A DNA stretch of 62,821 nucleotides, filler included, from Choristocarpus tenellus KU-1152 (GCA_964200185.2; 12 parts of 12 records of this genome joined end to end with filler, not necessarily neighbours in it); one strand, 5' to 3'. Counted from the whole stretch's first letter, positions 25,900-39,200 are shown. The notes: a model not told the origin generated them from the sequence alone. Made by a program: numbers and translations.

Positions 25900-27990
25900 A
25901 ATATCTTTTTTACTGTGTGTACTGGTGTAATAAATTCAGATGTGATTACTGAAATTGAAAAATGAGGTGCATTTCCATTCTGGCAAAAATGTTTTTTGGG
26001 GGGAACAGATGGGAAGGGGTACAATTTTGTGTTTTGCTGGGATGCATTGATCACTGCCTTTAAATGACATCTCTTAATCCCAACCTAGCACTGCCCCAAA
26101 TGCCGACATAATGCTGTTATCCAATAAACTAATATCTACTCCCAGGTTAGGTATGACCACTACTTGGAAAGGCATTGACATGTCACCAAGTCGTAGTGTA
26201 AATTGAATGAAATCATTGACAGAAAGAGGTGTACCACCTGCTCCTTTTAAATTCAGAGCGCCTGCTGGAATCTCCCGAAAGGGTGCCTTGCAAAGTGTTG
26301 GGTGGGCTTCAATGTATCTGAGTGATGTTACTGGAATATCAGTAGTAGTATCAACAGTAATATTTGTTGAAGGTTCATTTTCAACATACCTAGGAATTCT
26401 TATGCGACGAGATGAAACATTTAGCACACGAGGGGAGTTAGAATAGTGTTGGATTGCTGATGTTTGCGAACAGTATGAAAAAGTGGAACGACACATTTGA
26501 GGTGTAAAAGAAATGTCACAGTGAAAGTATCTTAGAAGGTACGATTTTTTCCCTGTTTGTCCGTTTGGGGCTTGGCTACCCATGGGTTTTTTTTATGACA
26601 TTTTCCAGCTCCAAATATTTTGGGGTAGGTAAATTTGTATGTTATGAAAAGGTGTGTCCAAAACATAGATATTGACACTTCCTAACAAACACGAATAGCC
26701 AAAATTGCATCGATATCACAACATTGTATTTTGTCCCCTGAATGGATGCGGCTCTACCCTCTAAGATACTTTGGCTCGTCACCCATGCCCAAAAGAGGTT
26801 GTGAGGAAAAAGAAAGTGCAGGTGCAACAGTTGTTACATGTCTTGTTTGTGGCAACTTTTGGTGTGCTGACCTGGAATGTTTAAATCTTTGAGTCTTATG
26901 TACTGTCTCTACCACATCTGAGTCTGCCCAAAACAAGTCCCTAGTTTCTTCTTGACTTCCTATCCCTATATATTCCGGGGAAACAGAATCAGCAGGGCAC
27001 CTCTATTTTCTCTCATTTCTCACTCTCTCTCCTCCTGTGGTTTTATGTTACCCTGCAGGGGTTCATGGGAGGAATAATAGAGATTTCTGACAGGCAGCAC
27101 GTGTTTTGATCACCAACAAAAACCGACAAATTGAATGCTTTTTGTGGTTGTTGTAGATACACATGAGGGAAAGGTCTACCCCATGTTTAAAATTTGGCAA
27201 CAGGGGAATAGGACAAAACCTGTGCTCCAGAACTCATGGAGTATGTCTTTGTGAGAAGATGTATCATGATCAAGGGATTAAGTAGTACCTAGTCCCAGTG
27301 AATATGGTCGAGATAGGGTGGGACAATATACTCCTTTTCATATTTAAAGTTTGCATGGCCGCTGCCGCCAAACCTTGGTCATGCAGAGTCCCCTCCATCG
27401 CCTCATCGACAATCTTTTTGGCGTAGACGAGTTGGCAATTCATGTACGTCTGGATATCGAATGTCACCACCGCACTGTGTTCGCCTTTTTCCTCGTGGTC
27501 TTCTGTCAACACGCTGAACCGGTTCAGGCCCGGATTACGGGCAGGGCCTTCCCTCAGCCTCTGCTCCGCCATCCCTTCCTACTCTAGCGAGCTACCAGGG
27601 GTGCCTTTGTCTACTGATGTAGACGCGGGAATCGGTCGAGGTTGAGCATTAATGGTACCCCCCTCATTACCTCCATCAGTTTTCATGATTAAGGTTGCCT
27701 TCTTGCCTTTCCTTCTAGTCGACTTCTCCTTGCTTGTCGGCATTAGATGTGGCAGTAGGTGTGGGAGTAGTAATGTCGGACAATATGTGGCATGAGTTAA
27801 CCACCTTGAACACTAGGCGTGAGTACCACTGTGGAAGTGTCAAAGGCGCCAAGTTCTCTGCTCAAGGGAGCAATCACAATTACCCGAGTGAAATCTTCCA
27901 CCTCAGATGGTGAGACTGAGTTTTAAAGGTCTTGGCCCAGCATCTCAAAGTCAGTTGAGGAAATCCAGCATAGAACAAAAACCTGAAGAC
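25900..27990 (-). mobile_element. Ty3/Gypsy 5' remnant: LTR fragment, candidate PBS, gag-like ORF, aspartic protease
   Basis: Protease-like ITVDTTTDIPVTS...LKGAGGTPLSV...LRLG...VVVIPNLGVDISLLDNSIMSAFGAVL (26074-26460); gag-like ORF 27270-27572; TGG-starting PBS at 27828; 27838-27985 is homologous to 37377-37525. Confidence 0.7.
26519..26777 (-). mobile_element. MITE family A nested in the Gypsy remnant
   Basis: CAGTGAAAGTATC...GATACTTTGGCTC; TSD GTCA/GTCA. Confidence 0.9.
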
Positions 27991-28711
27991 ATAACGGATA
28001 CTGTGGAAAGCATGTTTGTCTGTTATTATACCGTATTGCTCGTATGCCATATACCGTTATACNNNNNNNNNNNNNNNNNNNNNNNNNNNNNNNNNNNNNN
28101 NNNNNNTTAATTAATTAANNNNNNNNNNNNNNNNNNNNNNNNNNNNNNNNNNNNNNNNNNNNCGAAACGGACGCCCCCTCACAAACCACCACCCCCCCCC
28201 AAGATACTCTAACCCGGGAATATGGTTTGTCTTATCCCTGTTCCATGTGCCAAGCACTAGGAGTTATACATGTGCCCTATCCCATCTGTTCCTATGCCAC
28301 AAAAAGGTCAGACCAAAACCTAGGTACCAAGGCTTCATTGCCGACTGACACAGAGATGAGTCCAGCAGAACAGTTGAGGAACAAGATGGAGCGACGACTG
28401 CGCGATGGCTGATTCCAGCACGCAAGAAATAAGGCGTACATGGAGATAGTACAGATATAGTTGTAGCCCAACAGTTAGTTACATTAGGTTAGTGTGAGAA
28501 GTAATGCAATGTTTAGTGTCTCTGACCACAGGTGGGGATAGTCTCTACACACCAAAGTAAAGATTAACACTATTAATAGGTGGGTACCTCAGTGCTTGTC
28601 TGAGAGGCTGAGGTCATTGACATACCCTATATTTTACAACAATGACCGCATGATCCATTCATTTTTCTGTAATTTAACCACTCTGGATAATGTATTAACA
28701 AAATACGATAT

Positions 28712-28890
28712 GACCCAAAATATCTGGGAGGGGGTGGCGGCTGTCCATTTGGACCAATTTTTTCATGTAGAGGTTTTTGGGTGGTTGGGTTGCATACGTC
28801 GGATGGATAATGTAAGTGCACTTTTCCTAGTTATGACCCAAATGGACACCCTGGTGTTGCCTCCCCCCTCCCCCCCAGATATTTTGGGTC
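28712..28890. mobile_element. MITE family C
   Basis: GACCCAAAATATCTGGG...CCCAGATATTTTGGGTC perfect 17-bp TIR; TSD ATAT/ATAT. Confidence 0.9.
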
Positions 28891-31218
28891 ATATCTTGAA
28901 ATAGCTTCAGAGGTAGAAGGGGAACGGGGGCAATATGACAATGGACTACTACAGATTAAAGGAAACAGGTGTCGTATGAGAATTGTTGCAGATATCCTCC
29001 GCTCCGCTCATAGCGATAGGTTTTAATGTCTTATCTTCTTGTGGAATCGAGCAAAGCTTTTGCAATCTCACAAGGATGGCCTTTTTCAAGGTGCAATAGA
29101 GCGTTGGTGACTTTTGCACATATCTTCTAGACATGTAATTGTGGGTACTCCCAAGGGAAATGGACGTGGGTAGGTAGGTACCTGACTGTGGTCTCTATTG
29201 CACACAAGAGTCACGATGGTAAACAGCGCAATCTTTCGCTTAGGGGCATTTTGGTTAGATCTCAAATTATTTCTGACATTATTGCAAAACGGATGCAACC
29301 CTGTTTGGCCTGCCCAACTCTAGTTTGTTTTTCATTCTCGAGCAAAGTTATTTAAACCACGCAAAGATCATATTTCTTGGGTGGCATAGAGCGCTGCTTT
29401 TCTTTTGCTTCTACAGAGTGCTACTTGGACTAATTGTTTTGGAGTACTTGCCTTTCCTTCCTCACAGTGCCACACACTCGGCATATGAATATCCCTTGGG
29501 GATATACTTGGCTTGGTTTGCAACGTTGGGGGGTATTGCTGTGCAAGGGTAGCAGGGGGGGGCTGTGTCATGGGGAAAGGGGAGGGGAAACTCTGCCAGG
29601 TAGTCACCACTATGCTCCAGCAGCTCCTTGAGGAAAGGATCAGCGGCGGTGTGCGCCTGGCCGAACCCATAGGAGCTGTGCTAGGAGGACAAGAGGATTC
29701 GCTATTAAGGAGTCAAAATGCTCAAGCAGCACCAGGAGGAGAGGCACAGCTGGGGCTGTGTTGTTTTTGCTTGAGGGAAAAGAGAAGGAGAAGTTCCACC
29801 CGCGAGCAACCATGGTACTCCAGCAGCACAATAAGGAAGTCCATGGGTGAGGACGGTACATGGTTCGAACGGATGAGTTAGAACTTCCTGAAGTGGGTGG
29901 GCTGTGCCAAGGGGTCTGTGCCTGCCTGTGCAGAATTTGATGATCGAACTAAATGTGCATGTGTACTTGTGTGGAGTCTGTGTGTAGCATTTACTCTTGA
30001 AGTCACTAACAGGGAATCCAAAATTATAGTTACAGTAGATATTATTACATATCCCTGGATGCGAAGCAGTGTATACTTGCAACTATAATCAGATCCCCTC
30101 CCCCTTCTCTATTAGATCTAGTTTAACCATTTTGTGTTCAATATTACCAAGGGGGTGGTTGGCCCAGAATATTATTTGTTTTAATACTGTCTGGTAGGAC
30201 CCTGACCTGTGATGCCTTCATTACTTTCATGTAGTATATTGTATAACTTCCTGCTATTAACAGTCGCATTAAAGGTCAAAGTTCTGTGCAGGCGGAGTTT
30301 TCCCTTCTCTTTTCCCCTTGACACAGCCCCCCCCGATACCCGTGCATAGCATTGGGCTCTGAAGTACCCCATCCTAGGAATTGAAGGTCGGCAGAACCCC
30401 ACAGTGGTTTTGCAATTGAGGCACAGGGTTACTAAACAGGGTTACCCCCCGACAGCGTTGCCTGGACATTTTAATCAAGTACTTAAAGTCTGCAGACGAG
30501 TGGAGTGCGCTATAAGAGCATTCACTAGAGTGTGGATCCCACACCTCCCATTCCCGTCGTTTTCCACGTGGAAGAAATTCTTACCCTCATGTGACCAAAT
30601 AATTCCTGAACGACGCCAAATGCATTTGAATGGAAGGAAGTACTTGCAAAGGTAGTTTCATCGGGGTAATTGCTACAAACAGTGCATCCGGGAAACACTC
30701 TGCAAAGGCGAAAATATCGCGTAACTTGACTTTTTTCGATGTAGGACGTAATAAGAACTACAGGTATCCACTCATCTACCCACTTACAGATATTTAGTTT
30801 AAGGTTCCAATATCATCCCGAGTCTCAAAAGTACCCACAGGAAACAAAAATGGAGTTCAATTATTCTTGGCTTGACATTAGTTTTGTGTATTATCCTGAC
30901 CCGTGGTCAGAGGCCTACAATCTGCGCTATTGAAATATTTCCAGTACAAACCACTGACTACCTTTTCCATTACGACCAATCGAACTGGCTCTTTCCTGCC
31001 TTGCTTCCAGTGAATTGAGATTTAGCATTTCCTCCACTCGTTGCTCTTTTTTCTCCCTTGAGTCTTGAGGTGGGCCCGCCACAAAGTTTCAAACTCAATA
31101 TTGGTCCAGCAATTTGTGATAATATCGTAGGCACGAATGTATAAGCTGGTGGTGTGCAATCCATTTTGAATCAAACCAATCGAAAGTTAGCATGGTTGCA
31201 TTTGAAAGAAGGAAAAAA

Positions 31219-31443
31219 GGGTCAAAGTATCTCTGTCGGCGTCCGTTTTTCACCCTTTTTTCGATTTTCACTTTTTTGGTGTGATTTGGTCGCACGTGTC
31301 GNNNNNNNNNNNNNNNNNNNNNNNNNNNNNNNNNNNNNNNNNNNNTTAATTAATTAANNNNNNNNNNNNNNNNNNNNNNNNNNNNNNNNNNNNNNNNNNN
31401 NCTCCAAATGGACGCAGCTCTACCCTCTAAGATACTTTGGCTC
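31219..31443. mobile_element. Partial MITE-B (31219-31301) and partial MITE-A (31402-31443) at contig ends
   Basis: Match 2546-2633 and the GAGCC terminus of MITE-A respectively; separated by a linker. Confidence 0.75.
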
Positions 31444-33039
31444 AGTATTGCTCCCTTTCTTCGCTGTGTTCAGATTACTTGGTGGATGTGGTGCAAATGA
31501 AGTATTTGGTTGGGTGATATAGAAAAATCATCATTGTGCTTGTTAAAGCACCAAGGTGTGAATGGGCCACAGGATGCTTCCCTTCGTAATATTATTCCTT
31601 TGTTGAATATCATATCTTGCCTATTTGTATATGTGAGGAACCTGCCACCACTATTACTTCTACTCTACTACAAATAACATGTCCCAGTTGTGCTACTAAT
31701 ATTAGACTATTCTCTGTCCAACTCCGTTATTCCCTAAAATGATCATATCAGAGGCGGCAAATTGTATCTTGATCTGATAGTAGTTCCCATCTACCATTTA
31801 TGCTATTCGTTCCAGGGGTTGGCAGACCTCATCAAGAAATTGAACACCTTCGCACAGGTACAACAAACAGGCAGGGTGCTTTTCTACAGCATATAAGATG
31901 TGGAGGTGTACGTCAAGCCCTTGATGTGTTGAGAGTTTTGGACTGGCCTGGCTAAGGATGGTCACTTTGAATACCTCTACACATAATTCACTATCGTCAC
32001 CTGTGCATCACCTGCCCTGAGTTGCAGAATGCCCGGCTTACTTTCTAAACTCTGTGTCAGACAGGATCATCATCGCCAACCTCAAGAATAGACAGGAACT
32101 GATTGTGGAGTGTGTTTGCAATTTGATATCCTCACCACACACGTGAGCACAGTGTTGTGAGCACAGTGTTCAGTGATATCATTCTGTATGGATGTTGTCT
32201 TTGTGTATGTGCTAAACCCTAGCATTCACTTTTGTGGTACATACACTGTCGATGCTCTCCCATTTTCCACACAGAAAGATTCTGTGTTTTGTTTCCTATT
32301 GCAAATTCTCCTTATGAACTGCATGTATCACTTCTAGGTGCTATGTCCTCAGAGCCATGGCCCCTAAGAATTAGGGTGGTTCGTATATCTATATTTTTTT
32401 AACCTTCCTGTGTCATCGTTACTTCCCCGAAATGTGTCTTGGCACTGAGTGCAACATTTTCCACAATTTTGATCCTAAATATAAAAATAATTGAAGAGGT
32501 TGCGGTAGTTTAGTAGTAGCATTATTGTACCAGCTATTTCACAATTGGATCACACTGCATCTCCTATTTATCCTCTTGTTTGAAACTCAGGAATGTCTTC
32601 CTCACATCCTTCCTACAACCCTAACCATACGCTGCAACTCACCCATACATCGTTTTTTCTATTCATCTTTACATCCCCCCATCTCCTCCATCCCACCACA
32701 AAGGTTGACCAGTGTGCAGCTGTCATAAATTACATTAAACAAAAAAATCGAGCTCAAAGCCATGGGTCCCCTCAACTGCAATACTGCCATGTACAAAGAA
32801 GATGGTGAAGATGATGACTCGGGCAACGAAGCAGAACCATTGCAACATGCCAATTGTCGTTACGTTTACAGGGGGGATAAGATTGATGATGGTGGTGATG
32901 ATGAAAATGGGGAAGGTCGCGGCAATGGCAACAATTGTGAGGATGATGTCACGTAGGGGCAGGGAGGGCGAGGGGGGTTAGGGAATGAGGCAAAATGAGG
33001 GGGTGAGGAGTATATGCATAATTGATTTGCCTTTTTGTA

Positions 33040-34062
33040 GCCTGTCAATACAACTTCATCATTGAGCAGGCCATTCTCGTAGCCACTGCTGATCCACGAG
33101 GGCAGTACTTAGAGACAGCCTGGCAAAGCTCAAATAGCACGACATGAGCAAAGACCCGATGGAGTATACCTTCGAAAAGAATGTTGAACATCTTCCGGCT
33201 TTTATTATGTTGTGAGTACACGAAAACCATACAGTAGTACTACTACAATCAATTCCATTTTTTTTGCTTTTCGTATGGGACAACCAAAGTACAAATTACA
33301 CTGCCAAGCGACTGCCTTCCGTCCTGCAAGCAAGTATAAGCAATGATTAATGGCAAGTGTCACAAGGGCTCGTGGTCGTGTCCCTCGTAGTGCTATAGTA
33401 TGCTGTGCACGTATGTATGTATGTATGTATGTGCGTGTATGTTAGGTTATCTATAGAGCAAGAAGTGCAGTGTTTCAAAAGAGCGATTGACGTACTACTT
33501 TCATTTGATCCTATTGTGTACTTGGAGTATATCACACTCTTATCACATACTGCGTACTTTTACTATTTTCAAAATTAAACACGATCATTCTGCTTGGTTG
33601 GCCATCGCTAGATATTATCCTAGCTGGCCTTTTTTACAAGAAGAGATAGGCAATTAACATAAATAGCAGCACCGCCAGCAGCAACCACTGACAAGGAGAG
33701 CAGGATCATCATGATGAGCAGCAGCAGTAGTTTATTGTATTATCATCGCCCGAAAGATCTCATGATGATGCGTACTATTATTACCATCATTAGTTTTGTT
33801 GCCGTCATTTCCTCCAGTCATACTAACTGAGAAGTATACCACGGTTGCATTATATGATTCCAAGAAATGGGGGCAAAAAATGTTTCCTTTTGCATATTCA
33901 ATACGAAAGGGCCCCTGCTCAATTGTGGCGATTTTTTATCAGCGTCAGTGGCTAGAAACTTTAATCGGGTGAAGATATTGCGTTGACGAATTTCCAGCTG
34001 TGGTAGCAATCCTTTGCATCTGTCGCTGATACAGGGCCGTTAATGAGCTCGACAACCTTCTG
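33040..34062 (-). pseudogene. Possible degenerate hAT-like transposase fragments
   Basis: Short peptides GSLLM...LSTALVDQQWLREW and WKFVNAISSP / FLATDADKKSPQLS loosely resemble hAT motifs; broken frames. Confidence 0.25.
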
Positions 34063-34592
34063 CAGTATGTGTACAACAGGTTGGGATAAGTACTAAATGA
34101 CACTCCAAAATTCCCTCACAAGACACATGAATGAGTGCCTCACCTTAGGTGTAAGTTTTCTCTTGAGACAGACTTTGGAGAGTGTTGATTCGAGAGTCAC
34201 CACGAGCTGCTCTATCACATAGATCCAGTTCCCAAGCAATAGGCTCTTGGGTTCTCCTCACCCTCTTGATTCTCCAGCCCCATCCTCCTCATCATTGTGT
34301 GCATTTTTCTGACAGGCGGCACTCAGGCTCATATATTGTTCGTGTTCACAGCTATATGCCTATCATCTATGATAACTCTCCACAGAGCACTATAGTGTTA
34401 GATTGTGTTGCACTCAGTAGCGTAGCCTTGACAGTGCTTTGTTTGGGCTGTGTGTGGAACCTCTTCATTTCAACTACTAAAGACCTGGTTCATGCTCGAT
34501 CTTGTGTATACATTTGCCATACGATGAATTATAACTTGGAGTTCCAGTTGGTACTCCAATCTTTCAAAACAGTTACTCTTGAATTGGGCTTA

Positions 34593-35324
34593 GGCTCGAA
34601 GTATCTGGTGGCGGGTGGCGGCTGTCCACTTAGCGCCCATTTTCCATGTCTCAATCTTTGGGTGATTTGGTTGTATGCTTAGGATGAATAATGTAAGTTC
34701 ACTCCTCCTGGTCAATGGACACCCTGGTGTAGACCTGTTACAGGTGAATAGCGCGAGCATTTCTTCTCATGTTTTCGCAAACATGAACACTTGTGACAGA
34801 CGTATAGTGCGAGGATTGTTCCTTGCGTTCTAACAAGTGCGAACAATATACGATATTATTAGTAACACATAGGTAGCCTTACAGAATAAATGTTTTCATA
34901 GAAGATACAGAGTAAGATTCGGAATGCATACGTAACATTACAGAAGAAAATGTCAAAGTCCCTAAGAAGTTGCAGAATAAAGGTTTATGATTGGAATACG
35001 TGTAGAGCAGTTGCATAGAAGACCAAAGAAATTGGGTGGATGATGAAAATAATAAGAGGGCTTTTGGTTAAACACCTTGACCCCCTCTTACCTCCAGTCC
35101 TTTCTTTATCTTGAACGAAACTTTGAGTCGAGCTTTGAGCTAAGCACTGAGTGGAATATCAAGAGAGAAGGATACCCGACACCCTACAAACTGCTATCAA
35201 GGGCAACGTTTCCATAGCGTCGTTTTAAGGTCGTTGGATTTGAGTTGCATATCCTGGGGAGGTGAGTTATGAGGGGCACGCTGTAACAGACCCCTTCCCC
35301 CCCCTCCCAGATACTATCGGGCTC
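34593..35324. mobile_element. MITE family C split by a nested solo-LTR-like insertion
   Basis: Left arm GAAGTATCTGG...ggacaccctggtgtagacc; right arm gacccc...ccagatact. Confidence 0.75.
34736..35288 (+). mobile_element. Solo-LTR-like element (553 bp)
   Basis: Starts TGTTACA, ends TGTAACA; TSD GACC/GACC; homologous along its length to 47698-48301. Confidence 0.85.
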
Positions 35325-37376
35325 AGTACATTATTTGCACACACACACACACATCATACAAACTACTTTACAGCTTAGTAGCTATGAAGTGCTATATTTT
35401 ATGTGTATGTAACGTCTGTCCCTTCAATCTCTTCCATAGACTTACTGTGGAGAGACCATGGCTGGTATTGGGTGGTTGTGTGCTCGGTCCAGACCTGAGT
35501 ATAATTCTTCTTGCTATTTACCTCATCGTGAGAATATACCCCTTCCTATTTACAGAATAGTACAGCACAGTACACTGCTCCTTAACTATTCATTGGGTTT
35601 GGGACAATGAACTCATTCTATCTACTTCGAAGTAACAATACCTGTACACCAAAACAACTTAAGACAAGATATTATTTGGGCACAGCGGTTTTATCCTGGT
35701 AAATACACTTACTTGATGAGCAGAGTAGTATGATGAATAATGATTTTTGGAATCATTATTTTCACAGCAACTAACTACTGAGGCATTGCTTGCTTTGGCA
35801 ACCGCCCTCCCAATCTCTTCCAGTGTTAATAAAAGTAGTATCCAAATACTCTGTAGTATACTATATTTGCCAATCATCATTCACAACAACAACGATCACT
35901 CATACTATGACCAGGCACAAAAGAGCATAGTCACGTTCACTCTCTACATACTAGGTATGTTGGTCACAGATTGGGGAAAGGATGGTAGACTTTCAACTGG
36001 CCCTGAAGCAAGAAGAAGTACAATTAATTGACATTTATTTGGTGAGTTGCATGGTCCATCAGGCATCTCCTAGTAATACGTTTGATGTACTACTCTGTAC
36101 GGTAGTATAATGTCAATAGTACCTCCAGGTGGGAGAGAGAGTCTCATTATTGCACAAGAAGCAGCTAACATGTAATAGTGATAGTATAAATAGTTACAAC
36201 CGAAACGAAATACCAGTTTTAAACAATTGGTAGGTGCTCCAGTACACGGATATAACCTCTGCTACATTACTTGATCAGTATTACTCTCTCTAGCTAGGTG
36301 TCCAGGCAACTCGATTTTGAAGGACTTGTACGGAGGTGCTAAACTGTCGTAAAGAGTATGTACCGACCAGGTCAGACACCTTGTGTCATGTGCCTCTATT
36401 TCACAGGCACGAAGTCCATCCCGCGAAAACTATTCCCGATGAAACAAGCTTAAGCGAAAAGGGCTGCTGTGTCTATGACAGGCATTGGGTTATCTGTCGA
36501 GTGAGGTAGTGTGCAGGTTAAAACTCACCCTGTGCGAGGTCATCGAGGCCTCGAAGGCAATGCCCTAGCGTAGAGTAGTGATCGTTCCTACTCCTAGAGT
36601 AGGGAACAAGCATTAGAAGTGGGTTGTGACCCTCACTGTCGTCCGTGGGACCCTCAAGAAGGGCGTGGCATCTAGATCAATCACAATTTCCATTTCGATA
36701 TAATTCAGCAGATGGAGCGAATTCGGGTGAGGACGGGAATGACGACTTGGAGGGAGATGCTGAAGATGACGTAGATGAACTTCTTATGAGGATGAGGCTA
36801 ATGAAGAGGGTAGCAGTCAGGAACAAGAAGAACGGTGTCGGAGGAACTGTCTTGGGGTTTGGCGCAAGAGACGATGGGGAGGTTGAAGATTTGGGTTAGT
36901 ATGTCCTTACGAAAGGAGAAACAGAAGGCGAAGAACAGTGTAAGGAAATAAATCGAGGTAGGGTTCCTTAGATCTTTCGGAAGAAAGTTGAAGAAATGAG
37001 AAAATGCAAATTTGATATTATTCTGTCAATATTTTTATTCATGGTAGCCAATAGGTGGGAATCATAATACTTATTATTATGCCCTCTGACATTTGGGAAT
37101 CATAATATTGTTCCAGTAGTATAACGAACACCCTGATAAAAGGCCGTTCAATCTTCTTCCTAATGGATGTAAAGAAATATAAATATAGAAAGAGTGAAGA
37201 CCACCCACCAAGTACAAGTAAGTTACCATACATCCCACAACCAACCACACCCACAAGATCCAGATTTGATCAAACAATCAAAATGGACTGTCAGAACGAA
37301 CATCCATTCCTATTCTGACTGGTCCATTTCTCTGCTGCGACATTGCCTACACATTCTGGGATATCTGTTGTGTTTG

Positions 37377-37525
37377 AGGTTTTTGTTTTGTTCTGGATTC
37401 CCTCAACTGACTTTGAGATGTTGGGTCAAGATCTTTGAAACTCGGTTTCACCCTCTGAGGTGGAAGAGTTCACTCCGGTGATTGTGATTGCTCCCTTGAG
37501 CAGAGAACTGGGCACCTTTGGTACA
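37377..37525 (+). repeat. LTR-like fragment homologous to 27838-27985
   Basis: cctcaactgactttgagatg...gattgctcccttgagcagagaact..gg.cctttg..aca occurs in both copies; ends in ACA. Confidence 0.7.
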
Positions 37526-37789
37526 CATGATTTTTTTGTAGATATCACTCATCGTTTTATTAGAATGCGCATATGATTCGTTTCTATCTGTTGAGAGAAG
37601 ATAGTTGTGTGCTGTTGATCTGTCCCTACCTCACCTTGATAAGCAAATCTTAACTTGTGATTTAATAGGAAAGATGATTAGGCAAGAACAATTGTGCCGA
37701 AAAGAATTAGTAGGAAGAAACAACGATATAAAAATCGGAGATTCCTGACAAGGGATCTCAATCGGCATAATAACGGTATACACCAATAA

Positions 37790-38530
37790 TAACTGTATTT
37801 TTTATTATTTTGCCCTCTGACATTTTCGAGATGTGTCAGGGGAAAATCAATGAAAACTATACACGTCATTATAAGCCCTAAAGAAATAAAATGCCATAAA
37901 TGTGAAAGACACTAATCTATTTGTTACTTCACCACTATCTATGTTGCACTATTTTTGCCTTCCTGTGTCTCCAATCTACTTATTTATACCTGTATCCGGG
38001 GGGGAGGAGCTAGGGAGGCATCCCAAGAATCCAATCGATCCCTCGTGCCCATCTCCCTGGTGACTCCAGCTCAAAACGCATGACACGTCTAGACAGTGCC
38101 ACTTGCGTAGTTACCGAGACAATTTGGCGTAGCCGGGATTTACCTACTCCTTTCCTGCTATATCCTCCTGTTCCTCTCCCCCCTACCATGTGAGTAGCCA
38201 GCTCATCCAGGAAGAATTCCGCTTGCTTGCCAGCGCGCCCAAAACTTTCCACCACGAAGGTGTTGAGGTTACAACTACGAGGATCAAAAGAGCCCTCGTA
38301 GTGGGTGCGCTTTCGCGCCCAGGCTGCAGCAGCAGCTACACCATTCATTGCTGGTGGATGTGTGTGTGAGGTGTGAGGTTGCCTGTACTTCTGCGAATGT
38401 GACATCTAGCAAAAGAAGGCCTCTTTGTCCTGGTAAGGGGCTGTTCCAGCGTCCGCCAGTGCCCCTTCGTGAAAAACTAGATCCATGCGGAGATTCCTGT
38501 CAGGTATCATAACAAACAACCCTGCTTTCG
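37790..38530 (-). mobile_element. 5'-truncated CRE-like LINE: RLE domain, stop codon, 3'UTR and A/AAT-rich tail
   Basis: NLRMDLV...; AAAWARKRTHY...NTFVVESFGRAG..AEFFLDELA (ORF 38010-38405); tail GTCAGAGGGCAAAATAATAAAAAA. Confidence 0.8.
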
Positions 38531-38544
38531 ACAGTTGTTACATA

Positions 38545-38835
38545 TAATATTTATATTATTATACCCTCTCACATTTTCCGTATGTGCCATGGGAAAAACC
38601 AATGAAAAATTATTAATGTGTCAGAAAAATCCCTAAAGTAAAAGTAGTCATAAATGTGAAAAACATTAATCATTTGTTATTCTCACTATCTTATGTTCTC
38701 TACCACTGGCTTCTTGTGTCTCCAATTTACCTATTCCTGCACCCCAGGGTGAGCAGCTAGGGAAGCATCCCAAGAATCCAACAAATCCCTCTTTGCCCGT
38801 CTCCCTCGTGACAACACCTTAAAATGTATGACCCC
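38545..38835 (-). mobile_element. Second, shorter 5'-truncated copy of the same LINE in tandem
   Basis: 38750-38833 duplicates 38003-38084; 38555-38730 duplicates 37800-37980. Confidence 0.75.
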
Positions 38836-38899
38836 AAAAAAGTAACAGTTGTCATAAATGTGAAAAACACTGATCTATTCGCTATTTTACGATAAGTTA

Positions 38900-38974
38900 T
38901 GTCACAGGCGAGTAGCGCGAGTATTTCTTCCCGCGCTTTGACTGGCGCGAGCAGTATACGCGCGTGGGGAACCC
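38900..38974 (+). mobile_element. 5' end of the solo-LTR-like family, CpG-rich copy
   Basis: TGTCACAGGCGAGTAGCGCGAGTATTTCTTC matches the starts at 34736 and 47698. Confidence 0.7.
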
Positions 38975-39074
38975 NNNNNNNNNNNNNNNNNNNNNNNNNN
39001 NNNNNNNNNNNNNNNNNNTTAATTAATTAANNNNNNNNNNNNNNNNNNNNNNNNNNNNNNNNNNNNNNNNNNNN

Positions 39075-39200
39075 GACGCGATTGTTGGGTGATTTCGTTG
39101 CGTACGTCTAATGGATAATGTAAATGCACTTTTCCAGATTTTGTCCCAAATGGACACCCTTGTGTTGTTTCCCCCCCCCCCTCTCTATGATACTCTGTCC
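39075..39200. mobile_element. Partial MITE family C
   Basis: atggataatgtaaatgcacttttcc...cccaaatggacaccct matches 28800-28855. Confidence 0.7.

Noticed and set aside
14747-26777. Cluster of ~260-bp repeats as a CRISPR or regularly spaced array
   Set aside because: Units are too long, occur in both orientations with irregular spacing, and have TIRs and TSDs, so they are MITEs. No cas genes.
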